From the sequence record SRR31156797_1360: a stretch of 64,000 nucleotides of DNA. One strand, 5' to 3'. The position numbers were made by a program, and so were the translations under genes. Below the pieces are notes generated by a model that was given only the letters and a program-made list of their open reading frames with translations, was not told where the DNA came from and made no database searches. Of the stretch, positions 37,000 through 47,617 are shown one piece after another (the first letter of the stretch is position 1; each line of letters opens with the position of its first letter).

Positions 37000-38145
37000 A
37001 TGAATCCATTTATTACAAAGGAACACGATACTCTTAGAAAAACAGTAAGAGGTTTTGCAGAAAAAGAGATAAAAGACATTGCTTCATACCTGGATGAAAA
37101 AGAAGAATTCAGCACACATTTGACCAAGAGAATGGGTGAATTGGGATTGTTTGGTATTTATCTTCCGGAAAAATATGGAGGACAAGGAAAGGATTATCTC
37201 TCCTTGTTAATTGCTGTTGAGGAAATTGCTCGTATTGATGCTTCCCAGGCTTCTACTTTGGCAGCTCATAATTCGCTGGGAATTGGACCTATTTATCATT
37301 TTGGTAGTGAAGATCAGAAGCGAAAATACTTGCCAAAATTGACTACAGGTAATCATGTGTGGGCTTTTGGTTTAACTGAGGATAATGCTGGTTCCGATTC
37401 TCGAGGAACAGAATCGAAAGCTATGTTTGAGAATGAGAAATGGCTGATTAATGGTACAAAACGGTTTATCTCAAACGCCTCTTCAGATTCTTCAATAGGT
37501 GTAAGTCTGCAAGTTGTTACAGGGGAAAATAATGGGAAAAAGGAATTATCTGCTATCTTAGTAGATAGATGTACTGATGGATTTTCTGCTGTGCCGTTAA
37601 AAGGTAAAATGATGTGGCGAGCCTCTGATACTGCCCTCCTAAAATTTGAAGATTGTAGAGTTCCTAAAGAGAATCTCTTAGGAGAACTAGGTGAGGGTTC
37701 AAAAATAATGCTTAAAACTTTGGATTCGGGAAGGTTGACAATTGCTGCAATGGGTTTAGGTTTAGCTCAGGGAGCATATGAAATGGCTCTAAAGTATGCA
37801 AATCAGCGTGAACAATTTGGTAAGTCAATTGCTAAATTTCAGGCTATAGGTTTTAAATTAGCTGATATGGCTACAAAAATTGAAGCAGCTCGAAATCTAC
37901 TATACAAGGCATGTTGGTTAAAGGATAATGGACATCCTTTTGCAAAGGAAGCAGCTATGGCAAAATTATTTTGTTCTGAAGTGGCACAAGAAGTGGCTAA
38001 TGAGGCTGTTCAGATTCATGGTGCTTATGGTTTGGTAAAAGAATCAGAAATTGAACGCTTTTATCGTGACCAAAGAATATTGCAAATTGGAGAGGGTACA
38101 TCTGAAATTCTTAGATTGGTTATTTCAAGGCATATTGGCTGTTAA
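37000..38145 (+). CDS. Acyl-CoA dehydrogenase (short/branched-chain type)
   Basis: FGLTEDNAGSD, NGTKRFISN, REQFGK, QIHGAYG, IGEGTSEI. Confidence 0.95.
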   Translation: MNPFITKEHDTLRKTVRGFAEKEIKDIASYLDEKEEFSTHLTKRMGELGLFGIYLPEKYGGQGKDYLSLLIAVEEIARIDASQASTLAAHNSLGIGPIYHFGSEDQKRKYLPKLTTGNHVWAFGLTEDNAGSDSRGTESKAMFENEKWLINGTKRFISNASSDSSIGVSLQVVTGENNGKKELSAILVDRCTDGFSAVPLKGKMMWRASDTALLKFEDCRVPKENLLGELGEGSKIMLKTLDSGRLTIAAMGLGLAQGAYEMALKYANQREQFGKSIAKFQAIGFKLADMATKIEAARNLLYKACWLKDNGHPFAKEAAMAKLFCSEVAQEVANEAVQIHGAYGLVKESEIERFYRDQRILQIGEGTSEILRLVISRHIGC

Positions 38146-38154
38146 ATTAGGATT

Positions 38155-39150
38155 ATGGCAGATAGAAAAAAGGATCATATCGAATTGGCATTTCAATCCC
38201 AAACGGATAAGACAATGCTTGATGAAAGGTTTTATTACGAACCTTTGTTAAGCGCTCACCCTAATAATTCAGAATTTACAATTTCTTTTTTAGGGAAGCG
38301 ATTGAAAACCCCAATTTGGGTTTCGAGCATGACTGGAGGAACAGAACTGGCTGGAAAAATAAATCGAAATTTGGCAAAGGCTTGCGCAGAATTTGGTATG
38401 GGAATGGGACTTGGTTCTTGTCGCATGTTGTTAGATAGTGATGAATATTTTAATGATTTTGATGTAAGAGATCTTATTGGAGAAGATTTGCCATTATATG
38501 CGAATTTAGGTATTTGCCAGTTGGAAGAATTAATAGATAATGATGAACTCCATAAAGTGAGGAGTTTGATATCCCGATTAAGGACAGATGGTTTGATCAT
38601 TCATATTAATCCAATGCAGGAATGGTTGCAGCCCGAAGGCGATAGAATTCTTAAGAATCCAATTGAGAGCATTAAGTATTTAATTGATGAGGTTGATTTT
38701 CCAATTGTAGTGAAAGAAGTTGGACAAGGAATGGGACCTGAAAGTATCTGTGAATTGATGAAATTACCTATTCAGGCTATTGAGTTTGCAGCATTTGGTG
38801 GAACTAATTTTGCTAAGATAGAAATGATGAGGAATCCTGATAATCAAGTTCAACTGTTTGATCCTCTTACAAAAATTGGTCATTCGGCAGAACAAATGGT
38901 AGAGTGGTTAAATGAAATTGTTAGAACTAGTGAGCAAATTAAATGCAAAGAGGTAATAATATCTGGTGGGATTAAAAACTTTTTGGATGGACATTACCTA
39001 ATGGAAAAGTGTGATATTTCATCGGTTTATGGGCAAGCATCTGAATTGCTAAAATATGCTAAAGAATCTTATGAAGATCTCCGTAACTATATTGAATCAC
39101 AACGAAAAGGATTGGAACTAGCAAAAACTTATTTGAGAGTTAGAAAGTAA
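38155..39150 (+). CDS. fni: Type 2 isopentenyl-diphosphate delta-isomerase
   Basis: RKKDHI, SSMTGG, HINPMQE, VKEVGQG, GGTNF, SGGI. Confidence 0.92.
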   Translation: MADRKKDHIELAFQSQTDKTMLDERFYYEPLLSAHPNNSEFTISFLGKRLKTPIWVSSMTGGTELAGKINRNLAKACAEFGMGMGLGSCRMLLDSDEYFNDFDVRDLIGEDLPLYANLGICQLEELIDNDELHKVRSLISRLRTDGLIIHINPMQEWLQPEGDRILKNPIESIKYLIDEVDFPIVVKEVGQGMGPESICELMKLPIQAIEFAAFGGTNFAKIEMMRNPDNQVQLFDPLTKIGHSAEQMVEWLNEIVRTSEQIKCKEVIISGGIKNFLDGHYLMEKCDISSVYGQASELLKYAKESYEDLRNYIESQRKGLELAKTYLRVRK

Positions 39151-39265
39151 GTAAATTGCTAAAAAAGCCCATGTTTTTTGGGACAGCTGAATAAAAAATG
39201 TAATTTAGGACTTCGAAGTATTTTATTATTTGCTTTGTTTTTCCCTTAATTCAAAAGATTTGTAT

Positions 39266-40588
39266 ATGAGGCGTAAAGAAATTATCTCAGGATTTTCAAA
39301 GTTATCTCGTGAAGAAAAAGTAGATGCATTGACTCATAATGCAGAAAAAATTAGATCTCAACTTGATAGTTTTCGATTGCAAAATAAAGAGCAACAGGAT
39401 CTTTTGGATGAGATAAGTGAGAATACACTTTCGAATTTTTATTTGCCATTTGGAGTCGCACCAAACTTTGCGATTAACAATCATTTGTATCATATTCCAA
39501 TGGTTATTGAGGAGAGTTCGGTGATTGCTGCAGCTTCTCGATCGGCTAAATTTTGGGCTGAACATGGAGGATTTAATGCTCGTGTAGTTTCGGTAATTAA
39601 ATCGGGACAAGTTCATTTTACCTGGAAAGGAGAGAAGGCGAAACTCCTGGATTTATTACCTGAGTTAAAGTATGAATTGTATCGGTCAACTAAAGAATTA
39701 ACTCGCAATATGCGACAGCGAGGTGGTGGAATTCAAGGTATAAAGTTGGTTGATTTATCTGAAGAGATGAACAACTATTATCAATTGCATGTCACTTTTG
39801 ATACTATGGATTCAATGGGAGCCAACTTTATCAATTCATGTTTGGAGCAGATGGCAAAAACCATGACTAAATTTTTCAAATTCTATAAAGATTTAAAAGA
39901 GGAGGAGAGAGATTTTGAAGTTATCATGTCCATTCTTTCGAATTATACACCAGATTGTTTGGTAGAATGTTGGGTTGAATGCGATGTTGAGAAATTGGAT
40001 AAAATTCAGCCAGGAATGAGTGGAAAAGTTTTTGCTGAAAAATTTATGAAAGCTGCAAAGATTGCCGAATTGGATGTGTACAGAGCTACAACGCACAACA
40101 AAGGAATATTTAATGGAATTGATGCCGTAGCATTAGCTACTGGGAACGATTTCCGTGCTATTGAAGCCAATGGACATGTTTGGGCATCGAAAACGGGTCG
40201 ATATAAAAGTTTAACTCATGCGTCAATATCTTACAATAAATTCAGATATCAATTGACATTACCATTATCATTGGGTACAGTGGGAGGATTAACAAATCTA
40301 CATCCATTGGCAAAATTTGGATTGGAATTGTTAGGAAAACCTTCGGCGAAAGAGTTGATGATGATTACTGCAGCAGCTGGTCTGGCTAATAATTTTGGAG
40401 CATTACGCTCCTTGGTTACTACTGGTATTCAACAGGGACATATGAAAATGCATTTGTCGAATTTACTAAACTCGCTTAAAGCGGATTATGAAGAAAAGAA
40501 GCAGGCAATAGAGTATTTTGCTCATAAAACGGTTTCCTATAGCGAAGTGGAAGCTTTTATTAAATCCATTCGTACAAAGCTGCAATAA
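39266..40588 (+). CDS. mvaA: Class II HMG-CoA reductase (likely start MRRKE)
   Basis: EESSVIAA, DSMGAN, RATTHNKG, GNDFRA, GIQQGHMKMH. Confidence 0.93.
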   Translation: MRRKEIISGFSKLSREEKVDALTHNAEKIRSQLDSFRLQNKEQQDLLDEISENTLSNFYLPFGVAPNFAINNHLYHIPMVIEESSVIAAASRSAKFWAEHGGFNARVVSVIKSGQVHFTWKGEKAKLLDLLPELKYELYRSTKELTRNMRQRGGGIQGIKLVDLSEEMNNYYQLHVTFDTMDSMGANFINSCLEQMAKTMTKFFKFYKDLKEEERDFEVIMSILSNYTPDCLVECWVECDVEKLDKIQPGMSGKVFAEKFMKAAKIAELDVYRATTHNKGIFNGIDAVALATGNDFRAIEANGHVWASKTGRYKSLTHASISYNKFRYQLTLPLSLGTVGGLTNLHPLAKFGLELLGKPSAKELMMITAAAGLANNFGALRSLVTTGIQQGHMKMHLSNLLNSLKADYEEKKQAIEYFAHKTVSYSEVEAFIKSIRTKLQ

Positions 40589-40589
40589 T

Positions 40590-41516
40590 TTGAAATTACT
40601 ACACAAATATTATTCGAATGCCAAGTTACTTTTAACTGGTGAATATCTGGTTTTGCATGGCGCCTTAGCATTTGCTGTACCTCTTAAGTATGGGCAGATG
40701 TTGGAAGTTTACGATTCTGATCAGTCAGAATTGGAATGGATTGCATATGAAAAAGGAAAAGAATGGCTACATTTTTTAATCTCACCTTCCGAGATTGAAA
40801 ATCAAACTGAAAAAGGGAATACGGAAAAAGAATTTGTTTGCTATTTATTGAACAGAGCCAAATTTTTAAATGCTGGTTTTCTGAAATCGGACTCAGTTAA
40901 AGTAAAAACAAAAATCGATTTTGATAGAGCCTGGGGGCTAGGAACCAGTTCGAGTCTTATTAATAATGTAGCTCAATGGGCAGATGTTAATTCCTATGAA
41001 CTTCATGCAATGGTTTCGAATGGATCTGGTTATGATATTGCTTGTGCAAATTATTGCAAGCCAATTTTGTTTCGTCGTCAGGGAAATCATCCAATGATTT
41101 ATCCTGTCGATTTTGATCCTTCATTTCTAAATCAACTCCATTTTGTTTATCGTGGCAACAAACAGAATAGTGAGGAGAGTGTAAAGAAATTTTTGAATGG
41201 AAAGCCAGTTTCGAATACTGATTTGGAGAGCATTTCTTTAATTAGTAAAAGAATATTACAATCCGAAAATACATATGAATTTGATGCTTTAATTTCAGAA
41301 CATGAACGATTCATTTCTCAGATTTTAGAATGTAAAGCAATAAAGGGAGAGAAATTTCCTGATTTTAAGGGAAGTATTAAATCTCTTGGTGCCTGGGGAG
41401 GTGATTTTATATTGGTTCGTACTGATATGGACAAAAGAGAACTACATAGTTATTTTTTTGAGAAGGGCTTAACAACCATTTTCTCATGGACAGATCTGGT
41501 ATTAGGCACAAATTAA
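40590..41516 (+). CDS. GYDIA-family GHMP kinase (probable phosphomevalonate kinase role; likely TTG start)
   Basis: KLLLTGEY, WGLGTSS, GSGYDIA, KSLGAWGGDF. Confidence 0.85.
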   Translation: MKLLHKYYSNAKLLLTGEYLVLHGALAFAVPLKYGQMLEVYDSDQSELEWIAYEKGKEWLHFLISPSEIENQTEKGNTEKEFVCYLLNRAKFLNAGFLKSDSVKVKTKIDFDRAWGLGTSSSLINNVAQWADVNSYELHAMVSNGSGYDIACANYCKPILFRRQGNHPMIYPVDFDPSFLNQLHFVYRGNKQNSEESVKKFLNGKPVSNTDLESISLISKRILQSENTYEFDALISEHERFISQILECKAIKGEKFPDFKGSIKSLGAWGGDFILVRTDMDKRELHSYFFEKGLTTIFSWTDLVLGTN

Positions 41517-41532
41517 ATAGGGTGATATAAAA

Positions 41533-42582
41533 ATGATTGATAAGAATAAGAAAGGTTCAGTTGCATGGGAAAGTCCGTCCAATATTGCCCTGGTAAAATA
41601 TTGGGGCAAAAAAGGAATACAGATTCCATGTAATCCATCTATTAGCATGACTTTAAAAAATGCTGTTACAAAAATGAAGATGGATTATTATCCCAGACAG
41701 AAAGGGAATCATTTAAATTTTAAGTTTGAAGGAAAGGCTCAGCCAATTTTCGAACAAAGAATTTCTAAATTTTTAGATGGTTTGAATGATGATTTTTCTT
41801 TTATTCAAGATTATAGTTTTTCGATATCCTCAGAAAATACTTTTCCACATTCAACAGGAATAGCAAGTTCGGCTTCAGCAATGAGTGCTTTGGCATTATG
41901 TCTTTGTTCAATGCAAGAAGATGTCTATGGTGTAAAATCAGAAGTAGATGAATTTAATAGAAAAGCTAGTTATATTGCTCGATTAGGGTCTGGTTCTGCT
42001 TCTCGGTCTATTTATGGAGGTTATGCAGTATGGGGAGAAAGTAGTGCTTTCTCGAAATCTTCCAATGATTATGCCGTTCCTTTTGCAAAATATCTTCATC
42101 CGATTTTCGATACTTACCAGGATATGATTTTACTAGTAAGTTCAGAGAAAAAAAAAGTGTCGAGTACTGCAGGACATCAGCTGATGAAAAATCATCCATA
42201 TGCAGATGCTAGGTTTGCTCAGGCTAATGCTAATTTTGAGAAAACTTTGGGCGTTTTGCGCAGTGGCGATTTGGAAAATTTCGTTGAATTAGTGGAAAAT
42301 GAAGCTTTAAGTTTACACGGTTTAATGATGAATTCAAATCCTTCTTTTACCTTGTTAAAACCGAATACCTTGGAGGCGATTGAAAGAATTCGGAAGTATA
42401 GAGTTGAAACCAAAATCCCACTTTGTTTTACATTGGATGCAGGTCCTAATATTCATCTGTTATTTCCAAAATCAGACTTTGAAAAAGTGAATAGCTTTGT
42501 GAATTCCGAATTGGTAGACTTGTTAGAAAATGGAAATTATTTGTTGGATGAAAAGGGCGATGGTCCAAGAAAATTAAATTAG
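41533..42582 (+). CDS. mvaD: Diphosphomevalonate decarboxylase
   Basis: PSNIALVKYWGK, GIASSAS, RLGSGSASRS, TLDAGPN. Confidence 0.93.
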   Translation: MIDKNKKGSVAWESPSNIALVKYWGKKGIQIPCNPSISMTLKNAVTKMKMDYYPRQKGNHLNFKFEGKAQPIFEQRISKFLDGLNDDFSFIQDYSFSISSENTFPHSTGIASSASAMSALALCLCSMQEDVYGVKSEVDEFNRKASYIARLGSGSASRSIYGGYAVWGESSAFSKSSNDYAVPFAKYLHPIFDTYQDMILLVSSEKKKVSSTAGHQLMKNHPYADARFAQANANFEKTLGVLRSGDLENFVELVENEALSLHGLMMNSNPSFTLLKPNTLEAIERIRKYRVETKIPLCFTLDAGPNIHLLFPKSDFEKVNSFVNSELVDLLENGNYLLDEKGDGPRKLN

Positions 42583-42584
42583 AA

Positions 42585-43541
42585 GTGAAAAATCATCCAG
42601 ACCTGTTTTACGCAAAAATATTACTCTTTGGGGAGTATTCTGTCTTGTTAAATTCAATGGGATTAAGTATTCCATACGCTCACTTTAAAGGAGAACTTAC
42701 CTTTATTGATGAGGATAAATATACCGATAGAAATTTTGCTAGAAGATCAAATGAAGAATTGAAAAAGTATTTTGAATTTCTCGATTCTAATAGCGAGTTT
42801 GGCTCTATTATCAAGCTAAGACAATTCAATCAGGACATTCAAAATGGATTGTATTTTGAATCCTCTATTCCTGAAAGTTACGGCTTGGGTAGTTCGGGTG
42901 CTTTATGTGCAGCCATTTACAAACGTTATGCAAACAATTCCGATTTATCTAGAGATATCAATGATGAAAAAATTCTTCGAATTAAGGAGTATCTTTCAAA
43001 ACTTGAATCTGGTTTTCATGGTAGAAGTTCAGGTTTAGATCCTTTAAATTCTTATCTAAAATCACCATTGCTAATTCATAATCATGATAAAATTGAAATG
43101 GTACAGCTTCCGGGAGAGAAGTTTGGAAGTGAAAGTGCTATTTTTTTGATTGATACAAAGCAAACAGGAAATACAGCACCTTTGGTTCAAACTTTCCTCG
43201 AAAATTGTAAAGATAAGGAGTATGAAAGGTTGATTTGTGAAACTTTAATTCCGTTAAATAATTCTTGTATCATCGATCTTATTGCTGGGAAGTTGGACTC
43301 CTTTTTTGATCATCTTACTCATTTATCTCAATTTCAAATTAAGTACTTTAAAAGTTTAATTCCGGAATCTTGCCTTAAATTATGGCAAGAAGGATTGGAT
43401 TCAGATAAGTATTGTTTAAAACTTTGTGGCTCCGGCGGTGGAGGATTCTTACTTGGTTTCACGAAAAACTTCCACGAGGTAAAAAGTATTCTTCAACAAA
43501 GAAATATAGAACCTATACCCGTTTTTCAGAAGCGAACTTAA
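42585..43541 (+). CDS. Mevalonate kinase
   Basis: KILLFGEY, GLGSSGAL, FHGRSSGLDP, KLCGSGGGG. Confidence 0.88.
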   Translation: MKNHPDLFYAKILLFGEYSVLLNSMGLSIPYAHFKGELTFIDEDKYTDRNFARRSNEELKKYFEFLDSNSEFGSIIKLRQFNQDIQNGLYFESSIPESYGLGSSGALCAAIYKRYANNSDLSRDINDEKILRIKEYLSKLESGFHGRSSGLDPLNSYLKSPLLIHNHDKIEMVQLPGEKFGSESAIFLIDTKQTGNTAPLVQTFLENCKDKEYERLICETLIPLNNSCIIDLIAGKLDSFFDHLTHLSQFQIKYFKSLIPESCLKLWQEGLDSDKYCLKLCGSGGGGFLLGFTKNFHEVKSILQQRNIEPIPVFQKRT

Positions 43542-45451
43542 ATGTTGTTTACAGTTAAAGGTATAGAGTAACTAACTTTAGTTCCATGTAAATTGGGGTT
43601 AATATATTTCAAATCTACAATTTCAAAATGCATTTTTTTGGACGATTTGAAATTGTAAATTTTAACACGATCCATAGCTATAGAAGTAGCCAATGATTTA
43701 TGACTTTTTTTTAGACTTTGTTTTTTGGCTTCTTCTATTCCAATACCATTATCAGTGATACTGAAAATGACCGACTGTTTGTTTTCAGTTAAAGAGATAT
43801 CTATATTAATTTTAGCCTCAGGATTAGAGCGTAATCTGCCATGTATAAGTGCATTTTCTACAAATGGCTGCGCAAGCATTGGAGGTACTAGAACATGATT
43901 CTCATCGATAGTGTTACTCATTGTAATTTCATATGTAATGTCATTATCGAATCTCAATTTTTGTAAATCAATATAATCTTTTAAAGTGGAAATTTCTACG
44001 TTTAAGGAAACAAACTCTTCACGAGAATTTTCTAGAATACCTCGCACCAAACTTGCTAGTCTGGATAAGTAATTGTTTGCGTCATCATTTTTCTGATCAA
44101 GAATAAAACTTTGAATTGCCGTTAATGAATTGAATAAGAAGTGCGGATTCATTTGAGTTAACAGAACCTTCTGACGCAAATCCATTATTTTATGATCGGC
44201 TCTTAAGCGATTGATTCTTAGTGAAACCAAAACGGCAACAATCCCCAGAATCATAACGATAGTAAGTATAATTATCCAGGCATTTTTTTGTGTTAATTCC
44301 AGATTTTGAATTTGTGTTTTTTGTTGTAAGATTTCAAATTCTTTGGCTTTCTTCTCAGATTCATATAAAGCTGTTAGTTCAGCTACTTTTTCTTCCTGAA
44401 AAATGCTGGTTATTGAATCTTTAAGTTTGATGTATTTTTTATAGTATAAAATCGAATTTGGAAAATCACGATTAGATTCCAAAAATTCGGAATAGTATAA
44501 ATAAGTATCCGCAAGATCTTCAATTAAATCATTCTCTTTATTCGCATTTTCTGCCTTTTTAAAGTAATCTTTAGCAAGTTGATTTTGTTTGGTTTTACTA
44601 TATAAAACAGCTTTAAAGGTAAAAATCTTACCAAGACCCCAAATGTCATTTAATTTTAACCTAAGATTCTCGCATTGAGAATAATAGTCAAGAGCTTTAT
44701 CAAACTCTTCCAATCCTTCATAGGCTTGACCAATGTTTAAAAGAATTATGGCTTTATCGCGCACGGTTCCTAATTCTTCATTTAGTGCCAGAGCTTCATA
44801 TTGAATGTTTAAGGATTCCTGGAATTTATTTTGACTGTATTTTATGACTCCAATATTGATAAGTGATTGTAGCAACCTGGATTTATTATCCAATTTCTCA
44901 AAAGTATTTTTGGCATGTACATAGAAACTTAAAGCATTCTCTAAATTTCCAAGCATATGATATACTCCGCCAATATTAAAATAGGTTGAGGCTAATCCTT
45001 TTTGATTATCTAAAGATTCATACAATTTTATAGCCTTGAAATATTGTTTTAAAGCTTGATCATATTTGCAAGTTCTGCGATAAATAATCCCCATATTACC
45101 TATAATCTTGCATACATTTAAAGAATCTCCAGTGATGGTAAATTGTTCAATGGCTTTATTGTAATAGTACATTGAGGAATCGAATGTTCCTTTGTGTATG
45201 TAGGTGTTTCCTAGGGATTTATATGAGGCTCCAAGTTTTGCCGGAGAATGTAATGAATCAGCAAATGAAATTGCTTGTTTTCCTACCTTAATACTTGCAT
45301 CGAAAGAGGAATCACGAAGTTGTATCGCCCGATTTAATAGGTTCTGAAATTTTGTATTGTTTTGTAACTCAGGAATTGTATCCGAAAAGTTAAACGCATA
45401 GGAATTTAAATTTACAAGTATAGAAAATAGGGTCAGAAAAAATATCTTCAT
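43538..45451 (-). CDS. TPR-repeat LytS-type sensor histidine kinase
   Basis: Signal peptide, TPR repeats, one TM, QMNPHFLFNSL, QPFVENALIHG, DNGIG. Confidence 0.9.
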   Translation of the reverse strand: MKIFFLTLFSILVNLNSYAFNFSDTIPELQNNTKFQNLLNRAIQLRDSSFDASIKVGKQAISFADSLHSPAKLGASYKSLGNTYIHKGTFDSSMYYYNKAIEQFTITGDSLNVCKIIGNMGIIYRRTCKYDQALKQYFKAIKLYESLDNQKGLASTYFNIGGVYHMLGNLENALSFYVHAKNTFEKLDNKSRLLQSLINIGVIKYSQNKFQESLNIQYEALALNEELGTVRDKAIILLNIGQAYEGLEEFDKALDYYSQCENLRLKLNDIWGLGKIFTFKAVLYSKTKQNQLAKDYFKKAENANKENDLIEDLADTYLYYSEFLESNRDFPNSILYYKKYIKLKDSITSIFQEEKVAELTALYESEKKAKEFEILQQKTQIQNLELTQKNAWIIILTIVMILGIVAVLVSLRINRLRADHKIMDLRQKVLLTQMNPHFLFNSLTAIQSFILDQKNDDANNYLSRLASLVRGILENSREEFVSLNVEISTLKDYIDLQKLRFDNDITYEITMSNTIDENHVLVPPMLAQPFVENALIHGRLRSNPEAKINIDISLTENKQSVIFSITDNGIGIEEAKKQSLKKSHKSLATSIAMDRVKIYNFKSSKKMHFEIVDLKYINPNLHGTKVSYSIPLTVNNI

Positions 45452-45546
45452 AAATTAGATCAGATTGATAACCTTAGGGCAAAACTAATCTAAATATCTT
45501 CTTTAAAGAAACGGTATCGAACAAAAAATGCGAATAGTAAATTAAC

Positions 45547-47457
45547 TTATGATTTAATGCTTTGAGGAATGCTAAAAGTAACCTGCGTGCCGTGTAAGTT
45601 TGAATCGATATGCTTAAGGTCAGTGATTTCAAAATTCATCTTTTTAGATGATTTGAAATTATATATTTTCACACGATCTAAAGCTATTGAAGTAGCCAGT
45701 GATTTGTGATTTTTTTTAAATGTTTGTTTTTTAGCTTCATCAATACCAATTCCATTATCTGTTATGCAAAACTTAAGGATTTCCTTATCCGAAGATTGAG
45801 ATATACTAATGTTTATTAAAGCTTTAGGATTTGTTCTTAATCGACCATGAATTAATGCATTTTCAACAAATGGTTGAGCCAGCATAGGAGGAACCATAAT
45901 TAAATTTTGATCTATATTTTGATCTACATCGAATTGGTAAGCAATATCATTTTCGAACCTTAATTTTTGCAAGCCAATATAGTCTTCCAGAGTATTTAAT
46001 TCTGTTTTTAAGGAAACAAATTCTTCTCTTGAATTTTCAAGAATACCTCTAACCAAACTGGCTAATCTTGCCAAATAACTGTTTGCTTTATCATTTTTAT
46101 CATCTAAAATAAAACTTTGAATTGCGGTTAAAGAATTGAACAGAAAGTGAGGATTCATTTGTGTTAACAATACCTTCTGTCGTAAATCCATTATTTTATG
46201 ATCTGCCCTTAGGCGATTTATTCGTAAGGAAACCAAAACCGCAACTATGCCTAAAATCATAACCACTAGTAGGATGATAATCCATGCATTTTTCTGTCCT
46301 AATTCTAGATTTTGAATTTGAGTTTTTTGCTGTAACAATTCAAATTCTTTTTCTTTTTGTTCCGAAAGAAATTTTGCGTTTATTTCATTAAAACGCTGTT
46401 CTACCTCTGCATCTTTAATCGAATCATTAAGTTGAATCATTAATGATTGAGTTTTAAATGCCTCTTCATATTTGTTCTGTTGTTGATAGTTTTCTGTTAG
46501 GTATAAAAGAATTTCTGCTTGCCAATGCGACATATTATTAGCTATCGCAATACTTTCTGCTTCCTTGATGTATTTCTCGGCGCTTTTAAAATTATTTTGA
46601 CTCGCCAAAATGCGACCAAGTTCTATTTTACAGCTTATATTTCCGTTTAAATCGCCAATTTGAGTTCTGATTTCTTCTGATTTTTTAACTTCTTGAAAAG
46701 CAATATCCAGCTTCCCTTGAGCATGATAAACATATCCAATGTTGAATAGAAGTTTTGATTTGAATAATTCATCATTCAATTTACTGTTTTCCTGTAGAGA
46801 TTTATCATAGTAATCCAGACTCAATTGGTAATTCTTCCTTTTTTCGTTGATTACTCCAAGATTACAATAGGCATTAGCAAGTTCCTTTATATTCTTGTGT
46901 TTTTTGAAGTTTTTTAAGGCTAAAAGGTAGAACTCTTCTGCCTGTTTTAGTTCTTCTTGTTCGTGATATAGATTCGCGATATTATTTAAAACACTGCCTC
47001 TACCTTTGTCATATTTAGCCTCTTCGTAAATGGTTAAATTTTGAATATAATATTCTAAAGCTTTATCGTACTTTGCTTGTCTTTTGTAGAGTAAGCCTAT
47101 ATTTCCAAGGACCTTTCCAATATCTACTTTTGAATCTATAGCTTCAAATTGAGAAATCGCTTTATCGTAGTAGACAAAAGCAGAGTCGTTGTTGCCAAGG
47201 AAATAATAATTGATTCCTTGTGTTTTATATAGTTTAGATAATGTTTGAGGGTTATTTTCTGTTTCGGCTATATCTACAGCTTGTTGGCAAATAGCAATGC
47301 TTTCAACCAAAGAGACATTTCGTAGGTTTAATGAAGAATCTAAAAGGATAGATATTTTCTTAGATACGATATCTTCACTATTTACACTCGCTATAGAAAT
47401 TGTGCAGTAATAAAAAGTACTTACTATTATTAAAATGATTGATTTTAAATTAATCAT
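45547..47457 (-). CDS. TPR-repeat LytS-type sensor histidine kinase (paralog)
   Basis: Same architecture and near-identical kinase core. Confidence 0.9.
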   Translation of the reverse strand: MINLKSIILIIVSTFYYCTISIASVNSEDIVSKKISILLDSSLNLRNVSLVESIAICQQAVDIAETENNPQTLSKLYKTQGINYYFLGNNDSAFVYYDKAISQFEAIDSKVDIGKVLGNIGLLYKRQAKYDKALEYYIQNLTIYEEAKYDKGRGSVLNNIANLYHEQEELKQAEEFYLLALKNFKKHKNIKELANAYCNLGVINEKRKNYQLSLDYYDKSLQENSKLNDELFKSKLLFNIGYVYHAQGKLDIAFQEVKKSEEIRTQIGDLNGNISCKIELGRILASQNNFKSAEKYIKEAESIAIANNMSHWQAEILLYLTENYQQQNKYEEAFKTQSLMIQLNDSIKDAEVEQRFNEINAKFLSEQKEKEFELLQQKTQIQNLELGQKNAWIIILLVVMILGIVAVLVSLRINRLRADHKIMDLRQKVLLTQMNPHFLFNSLTAIQSFILDDKNDKANSYLARLASLVRGILENSREEFVSLKTELNTLEDYIGLQKLRFENDIAYQFDVDQNIDQNLIMVPPMLAQPFVENALIHGRLRTNPKALINISISQSSDKEILKFCITDNGIGIDEAKKQTFKKNHKSLATSIALDRVKIYNFKSSKKMNFEITDLKHIDSNLHGTQVTFSIPQSIKS

Positions 47458-47566
47458 TCGACTTGGCTGAAGTTTGATTTATAGTCTTTTGGATCTTTAC
47501 AGACTGCAAAATATAAAAAAATACTTAATCGATAGCTTTAAAATGATCTATTTGAAACATCTGGTA

Positions 47567-47597
47567 TAAAAAAAGCCTGATCATTTGATCAGGCTTT
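47567..47597. terminator. Intrinsic terminator downstream of fadL-like gene
   Basis: AAAAAAAGCCTGATCA TT TGATCAGGCTTT. Confidence 0.85.
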
Positions 47598-47617
47598 AAT
47601 GTTGAGACGATTAGGTC

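Noticed and set aside
40518-40589. Long overlap of GHMP kinase with HMG-CoA reductase
   Set aside because: A TTG at 40590, just after the HMGR stop, is the more plausible start
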